64,000 nucleotides of DNA from Pirellulales bacterium. Lineage in GTDB: Bacteria > Planctomycetota > Planctomycetia > Pirellulales > PALSA-1355. The DNA is taken from NCBI GenBank assembly GCA_963733035.1, contig CAVTBU010000005.1, positions 544,001 through 608,000 on the forward strand, given 5' to 3'. Shown here piece after piece: positions 21,449 to 31,924 of the stretch; the first letter of the stretch is position 1; every line of letters begins with the position of its first letter. The position numbers and the translations under genes were made by a program. The notes beneath the pieces are model-generated. The model was not told the origin of the DNA. It ran no database searches and saw only the letters and a list, made by a program, of their open reading frames with translations.

Positions 21449-22273
21449 TCAAAAACGAGCTGCTTCGCGGTCATGACGCCAGCGATAGAGCGTGATCCCC
21501 CAAGAAACCGCGATGTAGTACAGCGGGTAGAGTAGCGACACGAGAGCCAATTGAAACGTCTGCGCCGCGGAGTGGGCATCGGCCGGGGGATCCGTCGTCG
21601 GCATGGCCCACAGTACCCACAGCAGCACGACGACCCACACACCTCCCAGGAAGTTGGTCAGGCGGCTGAGCACGGCACCCCGGCTGGGGTAGAGATAGTA
21701 GCTCGGTACGAACGTCAGTCCGGCCAAAAGCAGAATCAGCACCGCTGCCAGCCAGCTCGGCATCCCCAATACATACAAGTAGAACGCCACGATATTCCAG
21801 TAGGATGGAAAACCCACGAAGTAGCCGTCGGGCGTCTTGGCCGGCACCTGGCAAAATCCGTACGCGCTGGCCACGAGCGCCACGACCAGCACCCATTCCA
21901 TGTTGTGTGGCAGCAACTCCGCCCGCCACACCAGCAACAGCGGTAGCGAAGTGAAGGTTAGAAAGTCGATGATGTCGTCGAGCTTGGCGCCGTCAAAATT
22001 GGGGAGCAATTCCTTTACGCGCAGCCGCCGCGCGAGCGAGCCGTCGGTCGAATCAACCAGACAGGCGACGAGCATCAAGGCAAACGCCCAGCGAAACGCC
22101 TCGGGCGTTCCCTCGACGATGCAAACCGCCATTCCCGCGGCCAGCAAGAGCCCGGCTGCGGTGAACGCGTGGGCAAACCAAGCGATCCAGGCCGGCCAAG
22201 GGGGCTGCTGGGCGTGAGACTCGGCGGCCCCACGCTCAACGCCCTGTTCGAGTTCGATTTCGCGACGAATCAT
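21449..22273 (-). CDS. pcs: Phosphatidylcholine synthase (CDP-alcohol phosphatidyltransferase)
   Basis: HAFTAAG, DSTDGSLARRLRVKELLPNFDGAKLDDIIDFLTF, KTPDGYFVGFPSYWN: Pcs-type spacing and motifs. Confidence 0.85.
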   Translation of the reverse strand: MIRREIELEQGVERGAAESHAQQPPWPAWIAWFAHAFTAAGLLLAAGMAVCIVEGTPEAFRWAFALMLVACLVDSTDGSLARRLRVKELLPNFDGAKLDDIIDFLTFTSLPLLLVWRAELLPHNMEWVLVVALVASAYGFCQVPAKTPDGYFVGFPSYWNIVAFYLYVLGMPSWLAAVLILLLAGLTFVPSYYLYPSRGAVLSRLTNFLGGVWVVVLLWVLWAMPTTDPPADAHSAAQTFQLALVSLLYPLYYIAVSWGITLYRWRHDREAARF

Positions 22274-22291
22274 AAGTCCATTGCGTTTTGA

Positions 22292-23866
22292 TTAGACGTC
22301 TTCAGCCGGTTCGGGAAGCGGTCGCGGCGGATCCCAGCGAGCGGTCAGCCTCGAGACAACCGGCAATAGAATCATACCTGACGCAGCCGACAGCGTGCGC
22401 ATGGGAAACAACGTGGCCTCTCCACCAGAGTCGGCCCAGGCCGCTCGGCCACCGGGAAGCACGCCTGCGAACCACTCGGTGTAGGGAATGAACTGCGGCA
22501 CGGCCAGAATTGGTTCGCCACCGCCCAGTCGTAGCACAAGTGCCACGACAAACGCCACGATCGAACCCGTGCGGTTGGCGCGCGGATCGTAAAGCGCGTA
22601 CACCAATTGGGGAAACAACAGCACGAACACCAGATCGCTGGTGAAGAACCACAACTTTTGCACGCTCTGCACGTGCAATGCAAGCACGGCCGCCAGAGCC
22701 CCCAGTACTAGAATTGATAGCCGAATCACTCGCCGCATATTGAGTGCGGAGATTTTCGGCGTTACCAGTGCACGAAAGAAATTCCAACTGAGCATCGAGC
22801 CGGCCGAGAGTACCGAGGCGCGTAAAGCTGGACGTTACCGCTCCTACGATCGCGGTGAGGCCCAAAATGGCGATGAACGGCGGCAGTGCATACTGAAACA
22901 ACAACGGCAGCGCCATCGACGGAGAGGCTGCCAACTGCTCGCGTGCCGCGGCCGTCCAATCGGGATAGGCAAACGCCGCCAGCCCCAGCAGCAATGGTGG
23001 AATCGTCAGCAACATCGTCAACAGGCCCGCGACGATCGAATGCCATTGAGCCTTGACCGGAGTTTGACAGGCCTGAATGCGTTGGAAGTAGCAGTTCCAC
23101 GGAATGCCACCCAGCACAAGCATGATCGACAAGTCCCACCACCCGACGATCCGCGGGGCGGTCCAATAGCCGTCGGCTTCGGTTGGCGGCAACCACCGGG
23201 CCGCCGATCCCTTGGCGGCAACGTACTCGCTCCAGCAGGACTCAAGCCCACCGGACGCGCCAGCGCCAGGGGCAACGCCAACATGAGCCCAATCGGAATC
23301 AGCATGAACTGCACGGAATCGGTATAGCCCACGCTCCACATGCCGCCCAACAGCGTGTAGCCAGTCACCACCGCGGCGGAGACAATGATCGCCGTGGTCA
23401 GATTGATTCCCAGCATCACGCCAAACGTAGCGCCAATGGCCACCAGCAGTTCAGCGCTCCAAAACACTTCGCCGAACATGGCCGGCAGCGACAACACGGC
23501 CGACCAATGTTTACCAAAGCGCGCCGCGAACGGATCGACAAGCGTAACGAACTGTAACTGCCGCATCCGCCGCGCGAAGAAAAAGCCGCCTAGGATCAGA
23601 CTCAACCCGAAACAAACGCCCCCCTGCCAGCCCGAGGCGATGCTTGTCATTACCCCTTCGGCCGTGCCGAGCAGATAACCACCGTCGATCCAGGTGGCGG
23701 CCATCGTGACCGTGGCCATCCAGAATGGCATGGCACGGCCCGCAACCAGCAGTTCGGAAGCCGTGCCCAACTTGAGTCGCTTCGAAGCACGCCAACCGAC
23801 GACGAAGAAAACCAGATACAGCGTGGCCACGGCCGCTATGCCCGCCCAATTGGCCTCGTGCATCAT
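22292..23866 (-). CDS. Sodium:solute symporter, CHT1/SLC5A7 (high-affinity choline transporter)-like; frameshifts ~23258 and ~22820
   Basis: TMAATWIDGGYLLGTAE, SLILGGFFFARRMR..VTLVDPF, GEVFW, LGGIPWNCYFQR, LWFFTSDLVFVLLFPQL across three frames. Confidence 0.85.
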
Positions 23867-24930
23867 GTCACTCCGCCGCTAATCGGCCGCAGCCGCCGCC
23901 GGCCCAGCGACCGACGCTTCGATGATCTCGGCGCCGCCGGCGCTGTCGGGGCAGGCCTCGCGAGCAACGTTCCGCGAACCCGAGCCATTAAGCCTGGCGA
24001 GCCAAGATACAGCGCGAGCAGGTGACGCTTGCCGACCTGGCAACAGGCATCAAGTTGACAAACTTTGTAGGCCTCCACGCCCCAGGCGCCGGACCATAGG
24101 CCAGTGTACCCCAATGCCTCGGCGCACGACCGCCGTCCATCAATAATGTGATACCGCTTCAGCAGTCGGTCACAACTGTTGTTGACGAGCAGCAGGCCTG
24201 ACGTCTGCGACATGGCCTGACCGTGAAAGCGTTCCGGCAGCAGCCAGTCGTTGTTAATCGCAGCCGCGAACAATACGACTTGCGCTGCTTCGCGCCGAGC
24301 ATGCACCCGCTCATCGAGCACATGACCACACAATGTTCCACCACCCAACAAATGGAGTGCTCCGGTCGCGGCCCGCGCACCAAAACTGTGCGCCCACAGA
24401 CTGAGGGGTACTTGCGGATCCAAATGGTCGAGAAACCAGGCCATGTAGTAGCCCGTGACGTTCGTGCGATTGGCCTTCACGCGGGCATCATTGACGAGTC
24501 CTCGCACCGAATCGCTGGGCCACGACCAGATGATAAACCGCAACGGCTCGTCGCCCGCGCAGCGAATGAGCGCACGATAGGCCGACCACCCTTTCGTAAA
24601 TGCATCGTCCGCCGGAATGCGATTGCCGTGCACGAAAACGGTCGTCGACATGTGCGGGTCTTCCGCCGCAAGTAGTTCCTGTAAACTCGAACGTGTCCAC
24701 TGACGCTGGCAATCGTAGCGCCAGTATTGCAGTCGCTCGGCGTCGCAGGCGACGTTGCATCCCAAAGTGCGATCGCTCACCAGCCAAAGCTGGTCCTGCA
24801 TGCGGACGGAGCAGCAACACGCGGTGGAACTGGCCCAGGCCACTTGCGCGCCAATGCAGACTACCATCCAGGCGAAAACGGCTTTCAAAACCAAACGAGT
24901 TGCAACTTGCCGTTGCGGTGCGACATCCAT
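23863..24930 (-). CDS. Secreted alpha/beta-hydrolase (DUF900-like)
   Basis: Signal peptide; FVHGN, WSWPS, nucleophile elbow AHSFG; true stop may be ~23879 if an indel lies near 23930. Confidence 0.7.
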   Translation of the reverse strand: MDVAPQRQVATRLVLKAVFAWMVVCIGAQVAWASSTACCCSVRMQDQLWLVSDRTLGCNVACDAERLQYWRYDCQRQWTRSSLQELLAAEDPHMSTTVFVHGNRIPADDAFTKGWSAYRALIRCAGDEPLRFIIWSWPSDSVRGLVNDARVKANRTNVTGYYMAWFLDHLDPQVPLSLWAHSFGARAATGALHLLGGGTLCGHVLDERVHARREAAQVVLFAAAINNDWLLPERFHGQAMSQTSGLLLVNNSCDRLLKRYHIIDGRRSCAEALGYTGLWSGAWGVEAYKVCQLDACCQVGKRHLLALYLGSPGLMARVRGTLLARPAPTAPAAPRSSKRRSLGRRRLRPISGGVT

Positions 24931-25174
24931 GGTGGCGTTCGGTACCGGGCGTGAAGATTGTGTCGATCAGCACGTTTGCGCGGTCTACCCAAGCCGCTGG
25001 CTAGGGCGCCCGTCACGTAGAATGTAGCATTTTTTCAACGTGGGTGACGTCAAATCTTGACCCGTTGAGAAAAGTCAACACGGCGCGCTTGCCCTTCGAT
25101 CCGCGCGGGGTAGAGTTGCATGGCCCCGCGATTTGTCGCGGTGGAATTTACCTTTCGTGTTGGAGCTATGAATC

Positions 25175-25432
25175 ATGAAGAGGCTTCTGATTCTCTCGGC
25201 CGTAGTGCTGGCGGCCGGCGCGAGTGGTTGTAAGAATTGCTCGCCCTGCGGTGGCACGACGGCCTATCGACCGTTTTCGCCCACGCCGGCGTGCTGCACT
25301 CCGACCACGCAGTCGTACGGAACGCCGGTGTACTCCACCCCTGGAGCAATCGCGGCGCCGACCTTGTCCGATCCGCAGGCAGTGCCGATGCAGACATACC
25401 CCGGCCCCGAGGCGTACACGCCGGCCAATTAG
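25175..25432 (+). CDS. Small Cys/Pro-rich lipoprotein
   Basis: GGAG RBS; MKR + hydrophobic core + lipobox ASGC. Confidence 0.75.
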   Translation: MKRLLILSAVVLAAGASGCKNCSPCGGTTAYRPFSPTPACCTPTTQSYGTPVYSTPGAIAAPTLSDPQAVPMQTYPGPEAYTPAN

Positions 25433-25494
25433 CGTGCATTTTCGCTCGACGTCATCACCTCGGGCGAGCATTAACCTGAAACTCTTGAGACTAG

Positions 25495-25566
25495 GTCCAT
25501 CGCGAGTGAAGCCGCCCGGCGTACCAGCCGCCTGCGGCGGTCACTCGCGATGGACATTTTTGTTTC
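25495..25566 (+). terminator. Long-stem intrinsic terminator
   Basis: 15-bp perfect inverted repeat GTCCATCGCGAGTGA (25495-25509)/TCACTCGCGATGGAC (25541-25555) followed by ATTTTTGTTT. Confidence 0.65.
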
Positions 25567-25771
25567 CCCAGTGGCGTGCCCGGCTGTCGGCGCCCGAAAC
25601 ACGGTGAAACAATCGTTTTTTTCCCAATCTTCCGCAAACGGCCAGACACGATGCGCCATTTTGCTCGGCAGTGACTAGAATCGAAGAATACTGGCTCCTT
25701 CGCCCCGTCGTCGGGCCAGGCGCGTGTCTGACAACTTGCACGGACGCCCCTTCTACATCTGGGTTGACGCC

Positions 25772-26731
25772 GTGCGTACGCTCCTGATTTTTTTGCTGTT
25801 GATATCGTCCGCGCAACATGTTTGCGCACAATTCAAAGACGAGAACACCGACGACGGCAAAGGCCCCCTGTTGGGAGCCGAAGCCACCAGCCGCCTCAAA
25901 GTTGGCATCACCGTCAAAGCCACCGGCGGTACCATCTTTCGCGGCAACGCGGCCATCCCCATTCCGATGGATTGGCCCGAGCAACAAGTCAAGGTCATCG
26001 ACGAAGACGTCTCGGCCACCGTCAGAAACATGACGTACCGCGACGTCTCCGGCGGCGGTGGACTACGGCAGATGATCGTGCAGATTCCTCAGCTGCCAGG
26101 CGGCCAGGAAGCTCACGCGCTGGTGACGTTCGAAATCACACGCCGCGCGCAAGCGCCCCCAGCCGACACGTCCATCTATAAAATCCCCAAGCGGGTCGAC
26201 CGTTCGATCATGTTGAACCTCGGCCCCAGCCCCTTCATCGAAAGCCGGCATCCCAAGATCATCGCGGCCGCACGAGAAGCTGTCTCCGACGACCAAGACG
26301 CCTGGCATCAGGTCGAGGCGATGTACGAATGGGCTCGTAGCCACATTCAATACAAGGAAGGCAGCGTGAAGGGCGCCGCCCGCGCTCTGGCCGACGGCGA
26401 AGGTTACACGGATGACATTTGCTCGCTTTTCATCGCCATGTGCCGCGTGCAGAAAATTCCGGCCCGCACCGTGTTCGTCAAGAACCATTGCTACGCGGAG
26501 TTCTACTTGGAAGACGACGAGGGCCAGGGCCACTGGTTCCCCTGCCAGCCGGCCGGCCCCCGTGAATTCGGCGGGCTAGACGACGTGCGGCCGATCTTGC
26601 AAAAGGGGGACAATTTCAAGAACCCCGACAACTCACGCGAGCGGTTGCGGTACCTTCGCGAGGATTTCCACGCCGCGGGCCGGGGTGGCAGCCCCGAGGT
26701 GAAGTTCGTTTCGGAACCGGTGGCCAACTGA
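25772..26731 (+). CDS. Transglutaminase-like domain protein (secreted)
   Basis: LGPSPFIES, SLFIAMCRVQKIPARTV, HCYAEFY, RPILQKGDNF; start uncertain. Confidence 0.8.
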   Translation: MRTLLIFLLLISSAQHVCAQFKDENTDDGKGPLLGAEATSRLKVGITVKATGGTIFRGNAAIPIPMDWPEQQVKVIDEDVSATVRNMTYRDVSGGGGLRQMIVQIPQLPGGQEAHALVTFEITRRAQAPPADTSIYKIPKRVDRSIMLNLGPSPFIESRHPKIIAAAREAVSDDQDAWHQVEAMYEWARSHIQYKEGSVKGAARALADGEGYTDDICSLFIAMCRVQKIPARTVFVKNHCYAEFYLEDDEGQGHWFPCQPAGPREFGGLDDVRPILQKGDNFKNPDNSRERLRYLREDFHAAGRGGSPEVKFVSEPVAN

Positions 26732-26762
26732 CTCCCCGTAGCTCAGGAAGCCCTGCGCTCCC

Positions 26763-29700
26763 TTAGTGCATCTCGCCGGCCCCCTCGGGCGGTTCGCGGT
26801 GTCCGTAGAAACTATAGAACACGGGCATCAGGGTCATTAGCAGCATCGTCGTGATCATTCCACCCACGACCACGATGGCCAACGGCTGTTGGGTCTGCGA
26901 GCCGATTTTCGTCGAGAAAGCAGCCGGCAACATGCCAAAAATGGCCGTCAGGCAGGTCATCGTCAGGGGGCGGATGCGCTTGTCCAACCCGTCGCGGAGG
27001 GCATCGGCAAGCGGCATGCCACGCGCACGGCGTGAATTGAAGCCCGAAACGAGGATCAGCCCGTTCATCATGCCGACTCCCAGAATCGAGATAAAGCCCA
27101 CGCCAGCCGAGATGTTGAAATTCGACCCGGTGAGAATCAGCGCCCAAATTCCGCCAATGGAGAGCACGACCACATTGGCAAACACCACGATCACGTCGAG
27201 CGCCGAACCAAGCGCCACGTAGAGCAACACGACGATCAACGCCAATGAAATTGCCACGACGATTACAAGTCGGTGCACGGCCTCTTCCATTTCCTGAAAC
27301 TCTCCGCTCCACTCCACCGTGTAGGGAGCTTGGAAACAGTCGGCCGTCGCCCGTTGCGCCTCGGCGACGGCGCTGGCCAGGTCGCGGCCACGGACACTGA
27401 ACTTGATCGCAATCAGACGCTTTCCCTGTTCACGGGCAATCGTCGAAGCTCCCGACCGCACGAAATTCGGATGACCTGCCGTGCCACTTGAATCGTCCAC
27501 GGGAGCAACCAAATCTCCCAACCGCCGCCGCGGAACCGCCGACAATTCACTGTGCCCCGTGCTGCCAAGACTTCCGGTCAGCGATGGCATGGGAAGTGTC
27601 GAGCCACGTAGTGTCAAATCGCGGCTGGCCAGGGCGCTGTCCGCCGCCTCTTCGACCACGCGATTCTGAATCACGTCGACCGGGATATTAAGAATCTGAT
27701 CCTGGTTTCGCCGCAGCCGTTCAGGCCAGCGAATCGTAATATCGAACTTCCGTTCGCCTTCGACCATTTCGCTGAAGGCTTTTCCGGCAACCGCCGTTTG
27801 CAGGGCGTCCTGTACCTGCGACACACTGACGTTCCATTGGGCACACTTTTCGCGATCGATGGCAAACTCCAAATTCGATTGCCCCTTGATCGGAAAGATG
27901 CCGACGCTTTCGATCCCCCGGACACCGGTCAATCGCGACTGAACCTGCTTGGCGATCCGTTCCAATTCATCCAGGTCTGGGCCGAAAATCTTGATCGAGT
28001 TCTCGCCCTTGACACCCGATAGGGTCTCCATCACGTTGTCGCGAATCTGTTGCGAAAAATTCCAGTCGACGCCGGGGATGGCGTCGTCCAGGACTCGCTG
28101 CATCGCTTCAACAAGCTCTCCCTTCGTGCGAGCGCGATCGCCAAACCAATGCTTCCATCCAGTGCGCTGTAGAAGCTTCGGCCACTGGTCCTCGTGCTGG
28201 AGCGGCACCAGGAACTCAGCGTTGTAAAACCCGGTTGGGTCCGTGCCGTCGTCCGGCCGGCCCGACTGCGACAATACCGACCGCACCTCGGGAAATTCTC
28301 GGAGCAGTTTGCGGGCCGTTTGGGCCTGGCGCGTTACTTCCTCGAGGGAAACCTTCACCGGGAATGTACCGCGGATGTAGACGTTTCCTTCTTCCAGCGC
28401 CGGCATGAACTCGCGTCCCAAAAACGGCAGCGCCATGCCCGTGACGACCACCAGCGCGGCGAATCCCGCCAAGACCGCCCAGCGAAGCCGAAGACCGAGT
28501 TCCAACTGCCCCATATAGACCCGCTTCAGCCCGCGCACCAGGAAGTTGTCGTGGGCATTTTTGATCTTGAGCATCGTCATCCGGCACAGCACCGGCGAGA
28601 GCGTCAAGGCAAACAATAGCGCACCTCCCAGGGCAAACGCATAAGCGTCGGCCATGGGCCCAAAGATTTGGCCCTCGGGCCCCGACATCGTAAACAGCGG
28701 CAGAAGCGCGCAGATAATGATCACCCGCGAGAAAAACAAGCTTCGCTCGACTTCGCCGCTCGATTTGAGGATGCGGCGATCGACCGGCAAATCGGCATCT
28801 TCTCCCGTGCTCAAGCGGCGATAGATCGACTCCACCATGATGACCGACGAATCCACGATGATGCCGAAATCGACCGCACCCAGCGAAAGCAAATTCGTCG
28901 ATTTGCCGAGCAGATAGAGGATCGAGAAGGCAAACAACAGTGCCAGCGGGATGTTCAATGCCACGATCAGCGCGCTGCGCACGTCGTTCAGAAAGACCAG
29001 CAGGATGATCACCACCAAGCCAATCCCCACCAGAACGTTCTCGCGAACGGTGTGCGTCGTGCGCTGGATCAGTTCGCTGCGATCATAAATCGTATCGAGG
29101 GTCGCGCCCGGCAGTAGCTCGCCCGGGGCGCGCAACTGCTGAACCTTGGCCTCAACGTCCGCCAGCGCCGGCAGCGACTTTTCTCCCTTTCGCAACAGCA
29201 CGATGCCTTCGACGACGTCTTCATCGTCTTCCCATTGACGCTTCCCTTGTCCATCAACGAGCTGCTCGCCGTCGGGTCCGACTTTCGGCAAACTGACCGC
29301 CACGCGTCCGCTACGGGTATGCGTGCCGACCGCGACGCCCCGGTGTGCGTCGGAGCCGTGGCGGCCGCCGTCGACGACGTCGGAGATCTTGACGGGAACG
29401 TTGTTGGTTGCCGCCAGCACCACCTGTCGAATCTCGCGGATCCGCCGATCCTCCTCCTTACGCAGCCAGCCGCGCGCTGCGCGCGACGTCGTTTGAGGCG
29501 TGAGCAGCGCGATTGGATCCTCGCCGCCGCCGATCAAGCCCAGCCCGCGAACTGCCTGCACAGTGTCTCCCTGTCGCAAGTAGTCGCCGCCGACGTTGGC
29601 GTTGCTGTTGGTGATGGCGGTTTCGAGTTGTTCGAGCGTAATGCCAAATTGCTTGAGACGCTCGGGGTCGGGCTGGACTTCGTAGCGTTTCACCGCGCCT

Positions 29701-30248
29701 CCGAAGCTGACCACGTCCGCAATGCGCGGCACGCGGCGAAACTCCTTTTCGAGCTTCCAGTCGTTTAGCGCCTTCATGTCGTAGAGCGAGTAGACGTCCT
29801 TGCCGTCGGCATCGCGCGGGCTGCGTAAGACATACCGGTAGATTTCGCCGGTTGGAGAAGTCGGCGCGATGACCGGCTTGACCCCCGGCGGCAAATCGAC
29901 CGAATTCAAGCGGTTGAGCACTTCGAGTCGCGCTCGAAAATAATCCGCGCCGTACTCAAACTGGTTCCGCAAGTGCGCGAGGCCAAACAGCGACTTGCTG
30001 CGGGTGTAGTCCAGTCCGGGCATTCCGGCCAAGGCAATTTCCAGCGGAATCGTCACTTGGCGTTCCACTTCCTCTGCCGACGCGCCAGGATATTGCGCGA
30101 TCACTTCCACAATTGCGGGAGCTGGGTCCGGGTAAGCTTCGACGTTGATATGCAAGAAGCTATAAACGCCAAAGCACGACAACGACATCACAGCCAGGAT
30201 CACCACCAGGCGATTATGCAAGGCCCAAGCTATTAGCTTTTGAACCAT
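26763..30248 (-). CDS. czcA: CzcA/CusA family heavy-metal RND efflux permease
   Basis: EAYPD, GASAEEVERQVTIPLE, SLGAVDFGIIVDSSVIMVE, GREFMPALEEG, GRPDDGTDPTG, RIRPLTMT. Confidence 0.9.
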   Translation of the reverse strand: MVQKLIAWALHNRLVVILAVMSLSCFGVYSFLHINVEAYPDPAPAIVEVIAQYPGASAEEVERQVTIPLEIALAGMPGLDYTRSKSLFGLAHLRNQFEYGADYFRARLEVLNRLNSVDLPPGVKPVIAPTSPTGEIYRYVLRSPRDADGKDVYSLYDMKALNDWKLEKEFRRVPRIADVVSFGGAVKRYEVQPDPERLKQFGITLEQLETAITNSNANVGGDYLRQGDTVQAVRGLGLIGGGEDPIALLTPQTTSRAARGWLRKEEDRRIREIRQVVLAATNNVPVKISDVVDGGRHGSDAHRGVAVGTHTRSGRVAVSLPKVGPDGEQLVDGQGKRQWEDDEDVVEGIVLLRKGEKSLPALADVEAKVQQLRAPGELLPGATLDTIYDRSELIQRTTHTVRENVLVGIGLVVIILLVFLNDVRSALIVALNIPLALLFAFSILYLLGKSTNLLSLGAVDFGIIVDSSVIMVESIYRRLSTGEDADLPVDRRILKSSGEVERSLFFSRVIIICALLPLFTMSGPEGQIFGPMADAYAFALGGALLFALTLSPVLCRMTMLKIKNAHDNFLVRGLKRVYMGQLELGLRLRWAVLAGFAALVVVTGMALPFLGREFMPALEEGNVYIRGTFPVKVSLEEVTRQAQTARKLLREFPEVRSVLSQSGRPDDGTDPTGFYNAEFLVPLQHEDQWPKLLQRTGWKHWFGDRARTKGELVEAMQRVLDDAIPGVDWNFSQQIRDNVMETLSGVKGENSIKIFGPDLDELERIAKQVQSRLTGVRGIESVGIFPIKGQSNLEFAIDREKCAQWNVSVSQVQDALQTAVAGKAFSEMVEGERKFDITIRWPERLRRNQDQILNIPVDVIQNRVVEEAADSALASRDLTLRGSTLPMPSLTGSLGSTGHSELSAVPRRRLGDLVAPVDDSSGTAGHPNFVRSGASTIAREQGKRLIAIKFSVRGRDLASAVAEAQRATADCFQAPYTVEWSGEFQEMEEAVHRLVIVVAISLALIVVLLYVALGSALDVIVVFANVVVLSIGGIWALILTGSNFNISAGVGFISILGVGMMNGLILVSGFNSRRARGMPLADALRDGLDKRIRPLTMTCLTAIFGMLPAAFSTKIGSQTQQPLAIVVVGGMITTMLLMTLMPVFYSFYGHREPPEGAGEMH

Positions 30249-30323
30249 TTGCGCTGTCGGCGGCTTTTTCAGCCAGACCCGCGCCGCGGCCAAGAAGAGG
30301 TTATGAGACGCACGAGTCGTTTG

Positions 30324-31721
30324 TCATTTAGTTTCGGCTTCCGATTCGGGAGCCGTGGCCAGCGCATGTTCGAGTGCACCGTCAAGTTCAACACCGCCAG
30401 ACGCCACGACCCATTCGCCCGGCAGCAGCGGCTGGCAACCGGCGGTGCATTGGGCGGCAGTCGGGTGCGATCGAATATAGACGACGTCGCTACCGCGACT
30501 CGACAGCGCAACCTGGCGGCGGGTAAGTTGATGCCCGCTCGCGTCGTTCCCGACGAGAACGACGCATTGGTCGCCGTCTTGAATCACGGCGGAATCCGGC
30601 AGGACAACGTCCTCCTCGAGGTTCGGCATCTCGATGCGGGCGGTGATGAATTGGCCGGCCCGCAGGCGACCATCCTTGTTATCGAGCCATCCCATCAGCG
30701 CCGCCGTGTGCTGGTTCGGGTCGACGAGATTTCCAATCAGCGAGAATTCTCCGGGAATCGCGCTCACGTCAGGCTGCGACTTCAACAGCACGCTCCAGCG
30801 CCGATCGCTCGGCGCCAGCGACTCGACCGCTGGCAAGTCTTCTTCATAAATGTTGGCCATGACGCCCAACACGGAGAGGTCGGCGATTTTGTAAATGTCT
30901 AAATTGGTATCGACGATATCGCCGGCCACGATGTTTTTTTCCAGAATGACTCCGTCCATCGGGCTGCGTACCTCGACCTCGGCCCAACTCTTGTCGATGG
31001 CCAAGTCGGCGGCCAGGTGCTCGTGGTGATCGTTTTCCGCATAACGATGAATCTTTTCCGCCTCGGCGCGGACCACGTCGATTTCCGTCTCCGTCAGCCG
31101 CCACGAACGCAGCGTGCGTTCCAAGCGTTCGACGCGAATTACGTCGGCTTCCACGCTACGTTCAGCCTCGCGAAGTTTGCTTCGTGCGACAATGTCCTGG
31201 CCCAGCGACTTCAGGCTATTATATTGAGCGCGGTCGAGGCCGAGTTGCGAAACCGCATCGACCAGGTCGCTCTTCTTTTCACCCACGTCCTTGCTCCAGA
31301 TCGTCGCCAGGAGCTGTCCCTTCGTCACGTGATCGCCCAGCCGAAGCGGACGTCGCTGCTGGGCATCGAGGCCAATCGACACCACCTCTCCAGCGAACCG
31401 CGAATGCACGTGAACCAGACGATTCGGATCCAGGAACAGCGAGCCGGAAAGCATTAGCTGTTCGTGCGGTCCAGCGGCCTTAGCCTGGACCATGCGCACG
31501 CCCAAGCTTTGCGTGACCTCGGAGGACAACTCCAGTGAGTTCTGTGCACCAAGCGTTACCGAAGGGGAATGCGACCGGCTTTGCTCCAACTCGGGAGCTG
31601 GCGGAATTCGGCGCGAGGCCACGACAACTCCGCCAACCGCAACTCCAACCGCGGCAACGATGGCGACCGCGACCGTCCAACGCCAGACTCGTGATTTGCC
31701 GCGCGGATTACTCATCGCCAT
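30324..31721 (-). CDS. RND periplasmic adaptor (CzcB-like)
   Basis: N-terminal TM, HVHSRFAGEV, VRSPMDGVI, IADLS, LRAGQF; His cluster DHHEH. Confidence 0.88.
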   Translation of the reverse strand: MAMSNPRGKSRVWRWTVAVAIVAAVGVAVGGVVVASRRIPPAPELEQSRSHSPSVTLGAQNSLELSSEVTQSLGVRMVQAKAAGPHEQLMLSGSLFLDPNRLVHVHSRFAGEVVSIGLDAQQRRPLRLGDHVTKGQLLATIWSKDVGEKKSDLVDAVSQLGLDRAQYNSLKSLGQDIVARSKLREAERSVEADVIRVERLERTLRSWRLTETEIDVVRAEAEKIHRYAENDHHEHLAADLAIDKSWAEVEVRSPMDGVILEKNIVAGDIVDTNLDIYKIADLSVLGVMANIYEEDLPAVESLAPSDRRWSVLLKSQPDVSAIPGEFSLIGNLVDPNQHTAALMGWLDNKDGRLRAGQFITARIEMPNLEEDVVLPDSAVIQDGDQCVVLVGNDASGHQLTRRQVALSSRGSDVVYIRSHPTAAQCTAGCQPLLPGEWVVASGGVELDGALEHALATAPESEAETK

Positions 31722-31924
31722 GAATTTCCAGTTGATTCTGCGCGGCGAATCCAATCAAAACGACAAATGAGCGGGAGGGGCGCAAGCCTTCCGCCGTTGG
31801 AACTCGCGTGGGTGATGCAAGACTTGCATTCAAAGGAGGGACCGCCAACACCGCCGATCGAAGCAACCGACGCCACTATGTACATTATTACTACTGTTAC
31901 GAGTCAGCAACGCCGGTTGGGGGC

